Origin: Candidatus Woesearchaeota archaeon
GTDB lineage: Archaea; Nanobdellota; Nanobdellia; Woesearchaeales; J072
DNA length: 43,371 bases
Direction: 5' to 3'
NCBI GenBank assembly: GCA_003695265.1
Contig: RFII01000047.1
Coordinates: forward strand, 1-43,371
Both the position numbers and the translations under genes were made by a program. Shown piece after piece: positions 8,310 to 18,075 of this stretch (position 1 is the stretch's first letter; every line of letters begins with the position of its first letter). Under the pieces are notes generated by a model that had not been told where the DNA came from, ran no database searches, and saw only the letters and a program-made list of their open reading frames with translations.

Positions 8310-9619
8310 GCATCTTCAGGTCTTATGACATTAGAGGGACTTACCCTGACCAATTGAATGAGGAAATCGCCTATAAAATTGGAAGAGCTTTTGCGAGGCG
8401 CTCAAAGGCAAGCGAAATTACAGTGGGAAATGATATGAGGCTGTCAGGACCTGTGCTGAAAAAGGCTTTAATAAGAGGAATTACAGATGAGGGCGTGAAT
8501 GTTAAGGACATAGGCCTCGTTCCAGTGGATGCAGTCTACTCTTCTGTCGGAATTTTTGGTGATGAAGCAGCTGTGATGATAACCGCTTCTCATAATCCAA
8601 AAGAATACAATGGTTTTAAAATGGTTCTTAAGGGAATGAACTGGGTTCGCGGCTTAGAGCTTGAAGAAGACATAAAAAAGCTTCCCGGACTAGAAAAAAA
8701 GCAAAAAGGAAATGTCAGGAAAGAAGATATTATTCCCAAATACATTAATCATGTTTTATCATTTGTGGAAATCAACAAAATAAAACCATTCAAAGTAGTG
8801 GTTGATGCTGGGAATGGAATGGCAGGAAAAATAATACCAATCCTTGAAAAAAGGCTTCCTATTAAGGTGATACCTTTAAATTTTGAGTTGGACGGCAATT
8901 TTCCAGCGCATCCCTCCAACCCATTATTGCCTGAAAGCCAAAAGCAGGCAAGTGAGGCTGTTCTGGAAAAAAATGCTGACTTCGGCGTGATATTTGACGG
9001 TGACACGGACAGAGTTTTTTTCATAGACGAGAAAGGAAAATTTGTAAGGGCTGACATAACATTGCTTCTTCTTGCAAGACTATTCTTGAAAAAAGAGCCT
9101 GGAAGCGGCATTGTTTATAATGTTATCTGCTCACACATAGTTCCTGAGATGATAAAAAAGTGGGGTGGTAAGCCAATAATATCAAAAGTAGGTTTTGTGA
9201 ACATTTCTAGAAACCTGAGGGAGAAAAATGGCATTATGGGTGGTGAATTGTCAGCTCATTACTCTTTCAGAGACAACGCTTATGCTGATTCTGGTTTTAT
9301 AGCTTTCCTAATATTATTGCAAGAATTATCTGCATATGATAAAAAGCTTTCAGAGATTGTAAAACCTTTTAATAAGTACGTAAAAACAGATGAGATCAAC
9401 CTCAAGCTTGACAACATCCCAATGGCTCTTGAGAAAATAAAACAAGAGTTCAAAGACGGGAAAATTGATGAGTTAGATGGCATTACAGTAAATTATGATA
9501 ACTGGTGGTTTAATGCCCGCCCGTCAAACACCGAGCCATTACTAAGAATAACTGTTGAAGCTGATTCTGAGACAGTACTAAACACTAACAAAAACAGGAT
9601 TTTAGAGCTTCTCAAATAA
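8306..9619 (+). CDS. manB: Phosphomannomutase/phosphoglucomutase
   Basis: FRSYDIRG, ITASHNP (phospho-Ser), FDGDTDR, GELSAH, RPSNTEP; ATGA overlap with the upstream gene. Confidence 0.93.
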   Translation: MSIFRSYDIRGTYPDQLNEEIAYKIGRAFARRSKASEITVGNDMRLSGPVLKKALIRGITDEGVNVKDIGLVPVDAVYSSVGIFGDEAAVMITASHNPKEYNGFKMVLKGMNWVRGLELEEDIKKLPGLEKKQKGNVRKEDIIPKYINHVLSFVEINKIKPFKVVVDAGNGMAGKIIPILEKRLPIKVIPLNFELDGNFPAHPSNPLLPESQKQASEAVLEKNADFGVIFDGDTDRVFFIDEKGKFVRADITLLLLARLFLKKEPGSGIVYNVICSHIVPEMIKKWGGKPIISKVGFVNISRNLREKNGIMGGELSAHYSFRDNAYADSGFIAFLILLQELSAYDKKLSEIVKPFNKYVKTDEINLKLDNIPMALEKIKQEFKDGKIDELDGITVNYDNWWFNARPSNTEPLLRITVEADSETVLNTNKNRILELLK

Positions 9620-9717
9620 AGAAAAAACAGAAAACCACAACTTTTATATATAGGAATAATTTCTTTTATTCTTGAGAGAGAAAGGAAGTGGGAAAAAAGT
9701 GCTTTCTCGTGAATATT

Positions 9718-10098
9718 ATGGCTAAAACCAAACCTTTATTACCAAGTCTTCGTGAGAATAAACGATACCTTGTTTTCAAAGTAATTTCAAAAGGAAAACT
9801 GACTGACTTTTCAAAAATAGCCAAGGCAATAGAATTAGCAGCAAACAAACTCCTAGGATTCTTAGGCGTTGCAAAAGCCGGAATAGTGCCCCTAAGGGAT
9901 AAATGGAATCAGAGAACCCAGACAGGAATAATCAGAGTTAACACAAAATACGTTGATCACCTGAAATCAAGCTTAAGCCTCATCAATAAAATTGGTAGGA
10001 AGAGCGTTGTTATTAGGAGTTTGGGCGTTTCAGGCATACTGAAGAAAACCGAGCGCTTCGGTGCAGAAAGATCTTATAAAGTGGTGTATAAGAAATGA
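9718..10098 (+). CDS. rnp2: RNase P protein Pop5 (Rpp14/Pop5)
   Basis: LPSLRENKRYLVF, GIIRV, SLGVSGILKK; first gene of the archaeal exosome superoperon. Confidence 0.9.
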   Translation: MAKTKPLLPSLRENKRYLVFKVISKGKLTDFSKIAKAIELAANKLLGFLGVAKAGIVPLRDKWNQRTQTGIIRVNTKYVDHLKSSLSLINKIGRKSVVIRSLGVSGILKKTERFGAERSYKVVYKK

Positions 10099-10168
10099 AA
10101 TTACAAAACTTTCACGAAATGTTTATTTTTGTAATAAATGCAACAACTGTAAAAGGAGGAGAACCAAA

Positions 10169-10897
10169 ATGCAACAACCATTACCTCACCAATTAATGGG
10201 ATATGACAGAGCAATAACAATGTTCAGCCCTGATGGAAGGCTGCTGCAGGTAGAATACGCTAAGAAAACTGTTAAGCAGGGCTCAACAGCTATTGGGGTT
10301 GTGTGCAAGGATGGCGTTTTGCTCGTGACTGACAAGAGAATAATAGACAAACTGGTCGTGCCTGAAGCTGTTGAGAAAATTTCCCAAATAGATGATCACA
10401 TAGCTGCAACCGCATCCGGCATAATATCTGATGCACGCGTCCTCATTGAAAGAGCGCAGCTTTACGCGCAGCAACACCGCGTAACATATGACTCACCTAT
10501 TGATGTTCTGAGCGTTGTGAAAGATATTTGCTCATTAAAGCAGATATGCACTCAGTCAGGCGGTTTGAGGCCCTTTGGGGTTTCGCTATTAATAGCAGGT
10601 ATTGACAATGGAAAACCAAAGCTTTTCCAAACAGACCCTACAGGAATATACTTTATGTATAAAGCTGTTGTTATTGGGGAATTCAGCAGTGAGATAGAGG
10701 AAGTCCTCCATAAAAAGTACAAGCCAGACATTACTATTGATGAAGCCTTAAAGCTTCTTGTAAAAACTTTGGCAGACGTTTTGGAGGACAACTTTTCTGA
10801 GGACAGGATAGACGCTGTTTACATAAAAACTGAGGATAAAAAATTCACGCCTGTGCCCCAATCATCAATAATGAGAATAATCAGCAAGAAAAAATAA
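10169..10897 (+). CDS. psmA: Proteasome subunit alpha
   Basis: GYDRAITMFSPDGRLLQVEYA, RPFGVSLL; AGGAGG SD before ATG 10169. Confidence 0.97.
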   Translation: MQQPLPHQLMGYDRAITMFSPDGRLLQVEYAKKTVKQGSTAIGVVCKDGVLLVTDKRIIDKLVVPEAVEKISQIDDHIAATASGIISDARVLIERAQLYAQQHRVTYDSPIDVLSVVKDICSLKQICTQSGGLRPFGVSLLIAGIDNGKPKLFQTDPTGIYFMYKAVVIGEFSSEIEEVLHKKYKPDITIDEALKLLVKTLADVLEDNFSEDRIDAVYIKTEDKKFTPVPQSSIMRIISKKK

Positions 10898-10898
10898 G

Positions 10899-11618
10899 AT
10901 GGACAGGAAAACATTTGACCATGAAAGAATAACTTTTAATCTAGCCAGGTTAAGAAAGGGCGGGAAAACTTTTGAGATAGCAATAGACCCTGACTTGGCA
11001 ATAAGCTACAAGCACGGCGCAGATGTTGATATAAGTGAAATAGTAAAGTCTGAGCACATTTTCTCTGACGTAAAAAAAGGAGAATTAGCAAGTGAAACTG
11101 ACCTGAGAAACATTTTTGGAACTGAAAAACCGTTAGAGGTTGCAGAAATAATAATTAAAGAAGGTGAGATTCAGTTAACAGCAGAGTATCGCAAAAAAGT
11201 ACGTGAAGAAAAACTAAACAAAATAATTTATTTGATTCACCGCAACGCAGTAGACCCAAAAACCAACTTACCACACCCCCCAGATAGAATCCAATCTGCT
11301 ATTAAAGAAGCAAAAGTTAGGATTGATGAGTTCAAAAAAGCAGAGGACCAAGTGCAGGACGTGCTAAAGAACATTCGAGAAATTATTCCGATAAAATTAG
11401 AGGTTAAAAAACTTCAAGTTGTTATTCCAGCAGAATATGCTGCTAAATCATATTCCACCGTTAAGAGATTTGGCAAAATGCTCAAGGAGCAATGGAACAA
11501 TGATGGTTCTTTAACTGCTGTTATTGAGGTTCCTGGAGGAATGGAATCAAACTTTTATGATAAGCTAAACTCTTTAACTCATGGAAACAATGAGGTTAAA
11601 GTGTTAAACACAATGTAG
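10899..11618 (+). CDS. sdo1: Ribosome maturation factor SBDS/Sdo1
   Basis: ARL.KGG..FEI, IFSDVKKG, GEIQLTAEYR, DPKTNLPHPP.RI. Confidence 0.95.
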   Translation: MDRKTFDHERITFNLARLRKGGKTFEIAIDPDLAISYKHGADVDISEIVKSEHIFSDVKKGELASETDLRNIFGTEKPLEVAEIIIKEGEIQLTAEYRKKVREEKLNKIIYLIHRNAVDPKTNLPHPPDRIQSAIKEAKVRIDEFKKAEDQVQDVLKNIREIIPIKLEVKKLQVVIPAEYAAKSYSTVKRFGKMLKEQWNNDGSLTAVIEVPGGMESNFYDKLNSLTHGNNEVKVLNTM

Positions 11619-11631
11619 AGGATTGATAAAA

Positions 11632-12318
11632 ATGAGTGAATTAATAGCAAAGGAGAGAGATGTTGTTATTCCAGGAGAGATAATTGCAAAAGGAATGGAT
11701 TATTTGCCTGGGATTAACGCATCAAGACAAGGAGAAAATATAATTGCGAACAGGACAGGACTAGTTGAGATAAATGGTAGGGTAATAAAAATAATACCTT
11801 TATCAGGAAGGTACATGCCAAAAGAGAAGGATAGGGTTATAGGAAAAATCATAGATATAAACCTGGGCGGATGGAGGCTTGACATAAACTCAGCTTACAC
11901 TGCAATGCTCTCTATGAAAGAGGCAACTTCAGACTTTATCACGAAAGGAGCTGATTTAACCCAGTACTTTGACATTGGTGATTATGTTATAACTAGAATA
12001 ACCCAAGTCACAAGCCAAAAACTGGTTGATGTTTCGATGAAAGGCCCTGGATTAGGCAAGCTCAAGAATGGTAGGATCCTATCAATAAAGCCTAACAAGG
12101 TGCCGAGAGTTATTGGCAAGCAAGGATCAATGGTCAACCTTATTAAAGAAAAAACAAATTGTAAGATTGTAGTTGGCCAGAATGGGCTTGTCTGGATACA
12201 GGGGAGCCCAAAAGATGAATTAAAAGCTGTTGAGACTATAAGAATGATTGAGGAAAAAGCTCACATACCTGGTTTAACAGACAAAATCAAGGAATTTCTT
12301 GAGACAAACAAGCAATAA
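11632..12318 (+). CDS. rrp4: Exosome RNA-binding subunit Rrp4
   Basis: VIPGE, IIPLSGRYMP..D.VIG (S1), KVPRVIGKQGSM (KH), VGQNGLVWI. Confidence 0.95.
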   Translation: MSELIAKERDVVIPGEIIAKGMDYLPGINASRQGENIIANRTGLVEINGRVIKIIPLSGRYMPKEKDRVIGKIIDINLGGWRLDINSAYTAMLSMKEATSDFITKGADLTQYFDIGDYVITRITQVTSQKLVDVSMKGPGLGKLKNGRILSIKPNKVPRVIGKQGSMVNLIKEKTNCKIVVGQNGLVWIQGSPKDELKAVETIRMIEEKAHIPGLTDKIKEFLETNKQ

Positions 12319-12330
12319 TAGGTGATTATT

Positions 12331-13044
12331 ATGGTTTACAAAGAAAGACTAAACAAGAGAGGTTTTGATGAGCCTCGGAAAATAGAAGCAAAAACTGGAG
12401 TAATAAAGAAAGCTGATGGGTCAGCTTACTTCAGAATAGGTAACACTGCTGCTTACGCAGCTGTTTATGGCCCGAGAGATCTCTACCCTAAATTCTTGCA
12501 GAACCCAAAAGAAGGTATTTTGAGATGCAAATACAATATGATGCCATTCTCAGGAAGAGGGGAAAGAGTAAGACCAGGGCCTTCAAGGAGGTCAAGGGAA
12601 ATATCTTTAGTTACTGAGAGGGCTCTTCTGCCCGTCCTGAACCTTGAGGATTTCCCAAACGCTGTCGTAGACGTTTTTATCGAGCTCCCTCAAACAGAGG
12701 CTGGCTCGAGATGTGCTGGCATTTGCGCTGCTTCAATGGCTTTGGCTGATGCTGGCATTCCAATGAAAGGAATGGTAAGTGCTGTCTCTGTGGGAAGGGT
12801 TGATGATAAGATTTTGGTTGATCTTGACTATACTGAGGAGTCCTACGAGGGCGGCCCGGTTGCTGACATTCCAATAGCAATTGTTCATGAAACAGGACAG
12901 TTCAGCCTCTTGCAAATGGACGGCTGCATAACAAAGGACATGCTCAGTAAAGCGTTTGAGCTCGGAAAAAAAGTGTGCGCAAAAATATATGAGGCACAAA
13001 AGCAGGCAATAAAAGACAGGTATAAGATTGGTGATGACAAATGA
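12331..13044 (+). CDS. rrp41: Exosome exonuclease subunit Rrp41
   Basis: ADGSAY, AVYGPR, YNMMPFS..ERVRPGPSRRSREIS, AGSRCA, LLQMDG. Confidence 0.93.
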   Translation: MVYKERLNKRGFDEPRKIEAKTGVIKKADGSAYFRIGNTAAYAAVYGPRDLYPKFLQNPKEGILRCKYNMMPFSGRGERVRPGPSRRSREISLVTERALLPVLNLEDFPNAVVDVFIELPQTEAGSRCAGICAASMALADAGIPMKGMVSAVSVGRVDDKILVDLDYTEESYEGGPVADIPIAIVHETGQFSLLQMDGCITKDMLSKAFELGKKVCAKIYEAQKQAIKDRYKIGDDK

Positions 13045-13820
13045 ACAAAGAATTAAGAGAAAGCATACTCAAATCACTTAAAGAGGGAATAAGGTTTGAT
13101 GGTCGAAAACTTGATGAGTTTAGGAAGATTGAAGTGGAAACAGGCAGCATAAACACGGCAGAAGGCTCTGCCCATGTGAAAATAGGGAATACTGAAGTTC
13201 TTGCAGGAATAAAACTTCAGATTGAAGAACCCTACCCAGACACACCTGATGAAGGAATGATGATGGTTGGAATGGAATTGTTGCCTTTAGCTAATCCAGA
13301 GTTTGAGAGCGGCCCACCGACAGAAGAAGCTATTGAGATATCAAGAGTTATTGATAGGGGGATAAGAGAATCAAAGTGTATTGACATGAAGAAACTGAAT
13401 GTTAAGAAGGGAGAAAAAAGCTGGGCGGTCATGGTTGATATCGCGCCAATAAACGATGCTGGCAACCTTTTAGATGCGGGGTCATTAGCCGCAATACTAG
13501 CATTAAAAAACACAACAATGCCTGAATTTGACGGTGAGAAAATTGACTATAAAAAGAAGACGTCAAAAAAACTTCCATTAGGTAAGCTTCCTGTTTCAGT
13601 GACAATAGCCAAAATCGGTGATTATTTCATAGTTGATCCTAGCAGTGAGGAGGAGGAAGCATTAGACGCTAAGCTCACAGTTGCTTCTCTTGATGATGGC
13701 ACTTTATGTGCGATGCAAAAAGCTGGCTATAAGCCTTTAAGCGAGGATGACATTATGAAAATGATTGATATGTCGCTTAAAGCTGCCAAGAAACTGAGGG
13801 TGTACCATGAAAAAGCATGA
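13041..13820 (+). CDS. rrp42: Exosome subunit Rrp42
   Basis: RFDGRKLDEFR, AEGSA, PYPDTP, FESGPP, RVIDRGIRES, DPS.EEE. Confidence 0.95.
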   Translation: MNKELRESILKSLKEGIRFDGRKLDEFRKIEVETGSINTAEGSAHVKIGNTEVLAGIKLQIEEPYPDTPDEGMMMVGMELLPLANPEFESGPPTEEAIEISRVIDRGIRESKCIDMKKLNVKKGEKSWAVMVDIAPINDAGNLLDAGSLAAILALKNTTMPEFDGEKIDYKKKTSKKLPLGKLPVSVTIAKIGDYFIVDPSSEEEEALDAKLTVASLDDGTLCAMQKAGYKPLSEDDIMKMIDMSLKAAKKLRVYHEKA

Positions 13821-14043
13821 AACTCTTGGAAGGGAAACATTTACTAAGTATGAGAAGGCAAGGATTATTGGGAGCAGGGCTTTACAGCTCTCTTTGGGTG
13901 CTCCAATACTTGTTCCTATGGACGCAAAAAAACTCAAAGAGGTTGAGTACAACCCCATAAGAATTGCTTTGTTAGAATATGAAAAAGGGGTTATTCCAAT
14001 AACTATTAGAAGGCCCTTACCCAAAAAGAAGAAAACAAGCTAG
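13807..14043 (+). CDS. rpoK: RNA polymerase subunit K (Rpo6)
   Basis: TKYEKARIIGSRALQLSLGAP, IA..E..G.IPITIRR. Confidence 0.95.
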   Translation: MKKHETLGRETFTKYEKARIIGSRALQLSLGAPILVPMDAKKLKEVEYNPIRIALLEYEKGVIPITIRRPLPKKKKTS

Positions 14044-14156
14044 AAAAGTATGTTGCATTTTTTGCAGTAAAACCTTATTGTTTTGTTTCCTTTCAGACAT
14101 CCGCCGCAGATAGGGCACGTTTTTAAAGTCACTGTTTTAGTTCTTCTTATACTCAT
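14040..14156 (-). CDS. 38-aa CPxCG-type zinc-ribbon micro-protein
   Basis: Hand translation MSIRRTKTVTLKTCPICGGCLKGNKTIRFYCKKCNILF; two CxxC pairs; follows the 14170-15000 gene co-directionally after 13 nt. Confidence 0.65.
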   Translation of the reverse strand: MSIRRTKTVTLKTCPICGGCLKGNKTIRFYCKKCNILF

Positions 14157-14169
14157 CAAAAAAAGCTGC

Positions 14170-15000
14170 TTAGCCGCCCATATAATAATTTAGCGGTTTT
14201 TCCTTTCTTTCCATCATACGAACAATTTCTTTTTTTGTGAGTGCCTTTTCTAAATGCTCTTTCATATTCTTGTTTTTTAGAAGCTCGCGCAGAAACTTGA
14301 AATTAGAGCGTTTGCTAAGGATTTCAGGAATAGTCTTAGATAGTTTTTCTGGCTGTCTCAATGTTGATTTTCTCAGAATTTCTTTTATTTCCTCCTCAAA
14401 ACTTTTCTTAGCAAGAATCCTGATTATTTCTGAGTCCTTCAGAAGGTTTTTAATTAGTTTTTCTCTTGCAGGAATTGTCAGGGCCTGAAAAGTGCCTTGT
14501 TGAGTGATCAATCTGGCAAGCATTTCTGGTTGGGCAAGGTGCAAATATTTGATAAGTTGCAAAGATCTTATTATGTTATTTTGGTAATTCTGCTTGTCTA
14601 ATTCAAGTAAAACCTCGCTTAAGACTTTGTTAAAATCTAAAATTGTGATTCCCGTGATCTTTTCCAATTCTTCCCTCTTTGTTGTATGGCCAACAACAAG
14701 TACTTTCTGGTAAGGGATATCCTTGCCGACGTACTTGTTTATTATTTGATTAATCATTTTAGTTACTGTTCTATCATTGAATTTGTTCTGGTAATCTTCT
14801 ATTGTTAAATTATCAGTTGTTGTTGAGCAGCTTATTTCGATATGAGCAAAATCTTTGAGAACGCCCTTCTGCATTCTCAGCGCAATCATGTCAATAACCT
14901 TGTTTTTAGACGCGTTTATGCTGTTAATAGTGAAGAAACCTCTCTTGTTAAGCCACCAAGTAACTATTTCGTTCTCAGGCTTCAATCCTGACACCCCCAA
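14170..15000 (-). CDS. Hypothetical protein with PD-(D/E)xK-like N-terminal domain and helical C-terminus
   Basis: E..V.WWL..RGF...IDMIA...HIEIS pattern resembles a restriction-endonuclease/Hjc fold; 276-aa ORF with TTG start. Confidence 0.6.
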   Translation of the reverse strand: MGVSGLKPENEIVTWWLNKRGFFTINSINASKNKVIDMIALRMQKGVLKDFAHIEISCSTTTDNLTIEDYQNKFNDRTVTKMINQIINKYVGKDIPYQKVLVVGHTTKREELEKITGITILDFNKVLSEVLLELDKQNYQNNIIRSLQLIKYLHLAQPEMLARLITQQGTFQALTIPAREKLIKNLLKDSEIIRILAKKSFEEEIKEILRKSTLRQPEKLSKTIPEILSKRSNFKFLRELLKNKNMKEHLEKALTKKEIVRMMERKEKPLNYYMGG

Positions 15001-15004
15001 CGTG

Positions 15005-15550
15005 TTATAAAGGTTTATCTGCTGACGCAGGCCTGACTCTAATCAAAAATATTAGGTAAGCATAGGATATTATTAGGTTCACAAACAGCAGAACGCCTAT
15101 GTCAAGCTGCTGAAAATAAAGCGGGCTGTACATTGCAAGAAAATAATACCCTATGCATAATAATAATGGGATAATCCATAGAAAGGACCTTTTCTCAAAC
15201 GATATTCTTCTCACAATATAAATAGTTAAGAATAGGCTGACTGTCAGTGGCAGGAGACCAAGTACTATGTTAAAAACGTTTTCAGCATTAGATGCTGACA
15301 AGAATAATATCAGAAGAAGATATGTTGCTATTGCAGCAACGATTGTAAAAACACCATACTCTTTTTTTGACCTTGATTTACTATCTTTTGTATGCTTCTC
15401 CTGCACGCTTGTAATCTCCTCAATTAGCTTTGGGTCATGGCCTACATCAACAAGAACTTTTTTTAAAGTTTCTAGAGAATGACCTTTCTCCATCTCAGTA
15501 ACTATGTATTCTAATATCTCTCTTTTCAGAGCCTCTTTTTCATTGGTCAT
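15005..15550 (-). CDS. Hypothetical membrane protein (about 4 TM helices, soluble N-terminus)
   Basis: 181-aa ORF with four hydrophobic stretches in the C-terminal 120 aa. Confidence 0.75.
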   Translation of the reverse strand: MTNEKEALKREILEYIVTEMEKGHSLETLKKVLVDVGHDPKLIEEITSVQEKHTKDSKSRSKKEYGVFTIVAAIATYLLLILFLSASNAENVFNIVLGLLPLTVSLFLTIYIVRRISFEKRSFLWIIPLLLCIGYYFLAMYSPLYFQQLDIGVLLFVNLIISYAYLIFLIRVRPASADKPL

Positions 15551-15718
15551 ACGCTATATGAGGCTGTTTTAGTATATAAAAGTTGTGCATTTTAGTTAAG
15601 CCAGCTTAATTGTGATGAACATTATTGTTAAGGAGTATGGGTGAGGTTAAGAATTTTTACATAATTAATTGGATTTCAAAAAGCTTAAATAAGATAAGTT
15701 GGACAAATTAATAGTGTT

Positions 15719-15931
15719 ATGCCAAAAAAAGGGTATGTTTCAGAAGATGAATACAATAAGTTGAAGAAATGGTATGAGGAGGCTCTTGCTGAAAAGGATA
15801 AGAAAATAAAAGAGTTAGAGGAAAAGAATCTCTTGCTCTTGAAAACAGCTTTAAAGCAGTCAGAGCACGCAGAGCATTGGGCTCACTTAGCGCACAGATT
15901 GGAAGGAGAAAAGAAGAAAAGAGGAAAATAA
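15719..15931 (+). CDS. Small coiled-coil hypothetical protein
   Basis: 70-aa charged heptad-like ORF; AAAAGCTTAAATA promoter-like element about 30 nt upstream. Confidence 0.65.
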   Translation: MPKKGYVSEDEYNKLKKWYEEALAEKDKKIKELEEKNLLLLKTALKQSEHAEHWAHLAHRLEGEKKKRGK

Positions 15932-16024
15932 ATACAAAAAAATATTTTTTCAAACCTGTCTGCACTGGAAACAAATAAAATATATGCAAAAAATTTAAAA
16001 AATAGTTGTTTCCAAAAAACCAAA

Positions 16025-16195
16025 ATGCAAGAAGAAGATTATATGGATGATGAAGCAGACATTTATGAAGAGAGAGAAGCAGAGGACCTCCTTGAGAACG
16101 ACGAGGTAAGCCCGGAAGAGGAAGCCTTCATGAAAGGGTATGACGAGGAGGACGAGGCTTTTGCTAATAGTGGCAAGGATGAGGAGGAAGAGTAA
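16025..16195 (+). CDS. 56-aa hyper-acidic micro-protein
   Basis: Hand translation MQEEDYMDDEADIYEEREAEDLLENDEVSPEEEAFMKGYDEEDEAFANSGKDEEEE (28/56 D+E); purine-rich coding-like composition. Confidence 0.75.
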   Translation: MQEEDYMDDEADIYEEREAEDLLENDEVSPEEEAFMKGYDEEDEAFANSGKDEEEE

Positions 16196-16277
16196 ATAGA
16201 TTTCTTTGCTTTTTTATAGGGAAACCTATCTTAAAATAACCTAAAATTATAAATATGTGCTGGAATTTTATTCTCTT

Positions 16278-17972
16278 ATGAACTTTAAAAGAGAAATCAT
16301 CAAGTTATTGAAAGAGCATATTGCCAAATACACGGATTTTGCTGAAAGCAGCATTGAGGTGCCTCCCGACACCAAGATGGGGGATTATGCCTTCCCATGC
16401 TTTTCTCTTGCCAAAAATCTTAATAAAAACCCTGCGCAAATAGCTGCTGATCTTAAGAAAAAAATAAAAGTAAAGTCGCCATTATTAGCAGTTGAGGCAA
16501 AAGGGCCTTACCTTAATTTCTTTCTGGACAAAAAAAGCGTTATTGAAGCAGCACTAAAGAAAATCTGTAACGAAAAGGAAAAGTATGGCGCTGGAGCAAA
16601 ACAAAAGGAGAAAGTCATGGTCGAGTTCTCGCAGCCAAACACTCATAAAGAATTCCACATAGGCCATCTGAGAAACTGTTGTTTAGGCGACGCATTGTCT
16701 AAAGTGCTCTCATTCTACGGCTTCCCTGTCATTACCGCAAATTACATTAATGACACTGGAGCTCACGTTGCGAAATGCCTATGGATATACAAAAAATTTT
16801 ATGATGGAAAAGAGCCCGAGAATGATAAAGGCAGATGGTTAGGCCAGATTTACGCAGAAGCAACAAAAAAGGTTGAGGAGAACCCTCAGTTTAAGGCTGA
16901 AGTGGACGAAGTTTTGCAAAAGCTGGAGTCAAAAGACCCTGAAATAATGAGGTTGTGGGAAAAAACAAAAAAATGGAGCATGGAAGGCTTCATGAGGATT
17001 TACAAAATATTGAATGTTAAGTTTGACACGTGGTTTTTTGACAACGAATTAATAGAACCCGCAAAAAGAATTGTTGAGGACATGAAAAAGAAAGGTATTG
17101 TTGTTGAGAGCGAGGGCGCGTTAATAGCTGACCTGGAGAGATTTAATCTTCACAAAGTAATAATATTGAAGAGTGACGGCACAACGCCTTACATAACAAA
17201 GGACTTTGAGCTTGCAAACCAGAAGTTTACTAAGTACAAGATTGACAGGTCTATTTATGTTGTTGGCGTTGATCAAAGACTTCATTTCCAGCAACTCTTC
17301 AAAATACTTGAGCTGTATGGTTTTAAGCAGGCGAAGAAGTGTTATCATCTTTCATATGAGCTCGTGCATTTAAAGGAAGGGAAGATGTCATCTCGCCATG
17401 GCAATGCTGTTCTTTTCCTTGACTTATATGAACTTGTGAGGAGGAAGGCATTGGAAGAAGTTGAAAAAAGGCATAAGGACTGGTCGAAGGATGAGAAAAA
17501 AAAGGCAGTAGAACAAATCACTTTGGCTGCGCTTAAGTTCGGAATGGTTTCAATTGAGAACAACAAGGTGATAATATTTGATCCTGATAAGGCGCTTGAC
17601 TTCGAGGGTGAGTCAGGCCCTTACATACAATACACTCACGCGCGGATATGCAGCATAATAAAAAAAGCGTCTAATAAGCAGAAGAAAGTGGATTATTCCC
17701 TTTTAAGAGAGGAATCAGAATACGTTATTGTTAAGAAACTCATGCAGTTCCCAAACATAGTGGAGGAGTCTGCGCAGCATTACAAAGTTCATAACATTGC
17801 CCGCTACTTAATCGAGCTCTGCCAGCTTTTCAACAACTATTACCATTCTGTTAAGGTTATACAAGACGATAAGGAGGTTGAGGCGAGCAGGCTCGCATTA
17901 ATAAATGCTGTTCGGCACGTAATAAGAAACGGCTTAAACCTATTAGGAATTCCTTCTCCGGAAAGAATGTGA
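16278..17972 (+). CDS. argS: Arginyl-tRNA synthetase (copy 1)
   Basis: GDYAFPCF, GPYLNF, EFSQPNTHKEFHIGHLRN (HIGH), KSDGT.PY.TKD, KMSSR, GPYIQY.HAR, C-terminal ERM. Confidence 0.97.
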   Translation: MNFKREIIKLLKEHIAKYTDFAESSIEVPPDTKMGDYAFPCFSLAKNLNKNPAQIAADLKKKIKVKSPLLAVEAKGPYLNFFLDKKSVIEAALKKICNEKEKYGAGAKQKEKVMVEFSQPNTHKEFHIGHLRNCCLGDALSKVLSFYGFPVITANYINDTGAHVAKCLWIYKKFYDGKEPENDKGRWLGQIYAEATKKVEENPQFKAEVDEVLQKLESKDPEIMRLWEKTKKWSMEGFMRIYKILNVKFDTWFFDNELIEPAKRIVEDMKKKGIVVESEGALIADLERFNLHKVIILKSDGTTPYITKDFELANQKFTKYKIDRSIYVVGVDQRLHFQQLFKILELYGFKQAKKCYHLSYELVHLKEGKMSSRHGNAVLFLDLYELVRRKALEEVEKRHKDWSKDEKKKAVEQITLAALKFGMVSIENNKVIIFDPDKALDFEGESGPYIQYTHARICSIIKKASNKQKKVDYSLLREESEYVIVKKLMQFPNIVEESAQHYKVHNIARYLIELCQLFNNYYHSVKVIQDDKEVEASRLALINAVRHVIRNGLNLLGIPSPERM

Positions 17973-18075
17973 TAAAATAAAATCTTTCAATTTTTTTTAG
18001 AAAGATTTAAAAACTGCTTTTTATTGATGTTTCTCTTGCTAAAAAAAGAATAATTGAGGTTTTAGAAGAAGTAGA

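Noticed and set aside
10061..10168. CxxCxxC-containing N-terminal extension of PsmA
   Set aside because: A strong AGGAGG SD precedes ATG 10169 and the family starts there; the extension overlaps pop5 and is probably not translated.
9718..14043. Exosome/proteasome superoperon as a novelty
   Set aside because: Well-known conserved archaeal gene cluster; only the rpoK ending differs from the common order.
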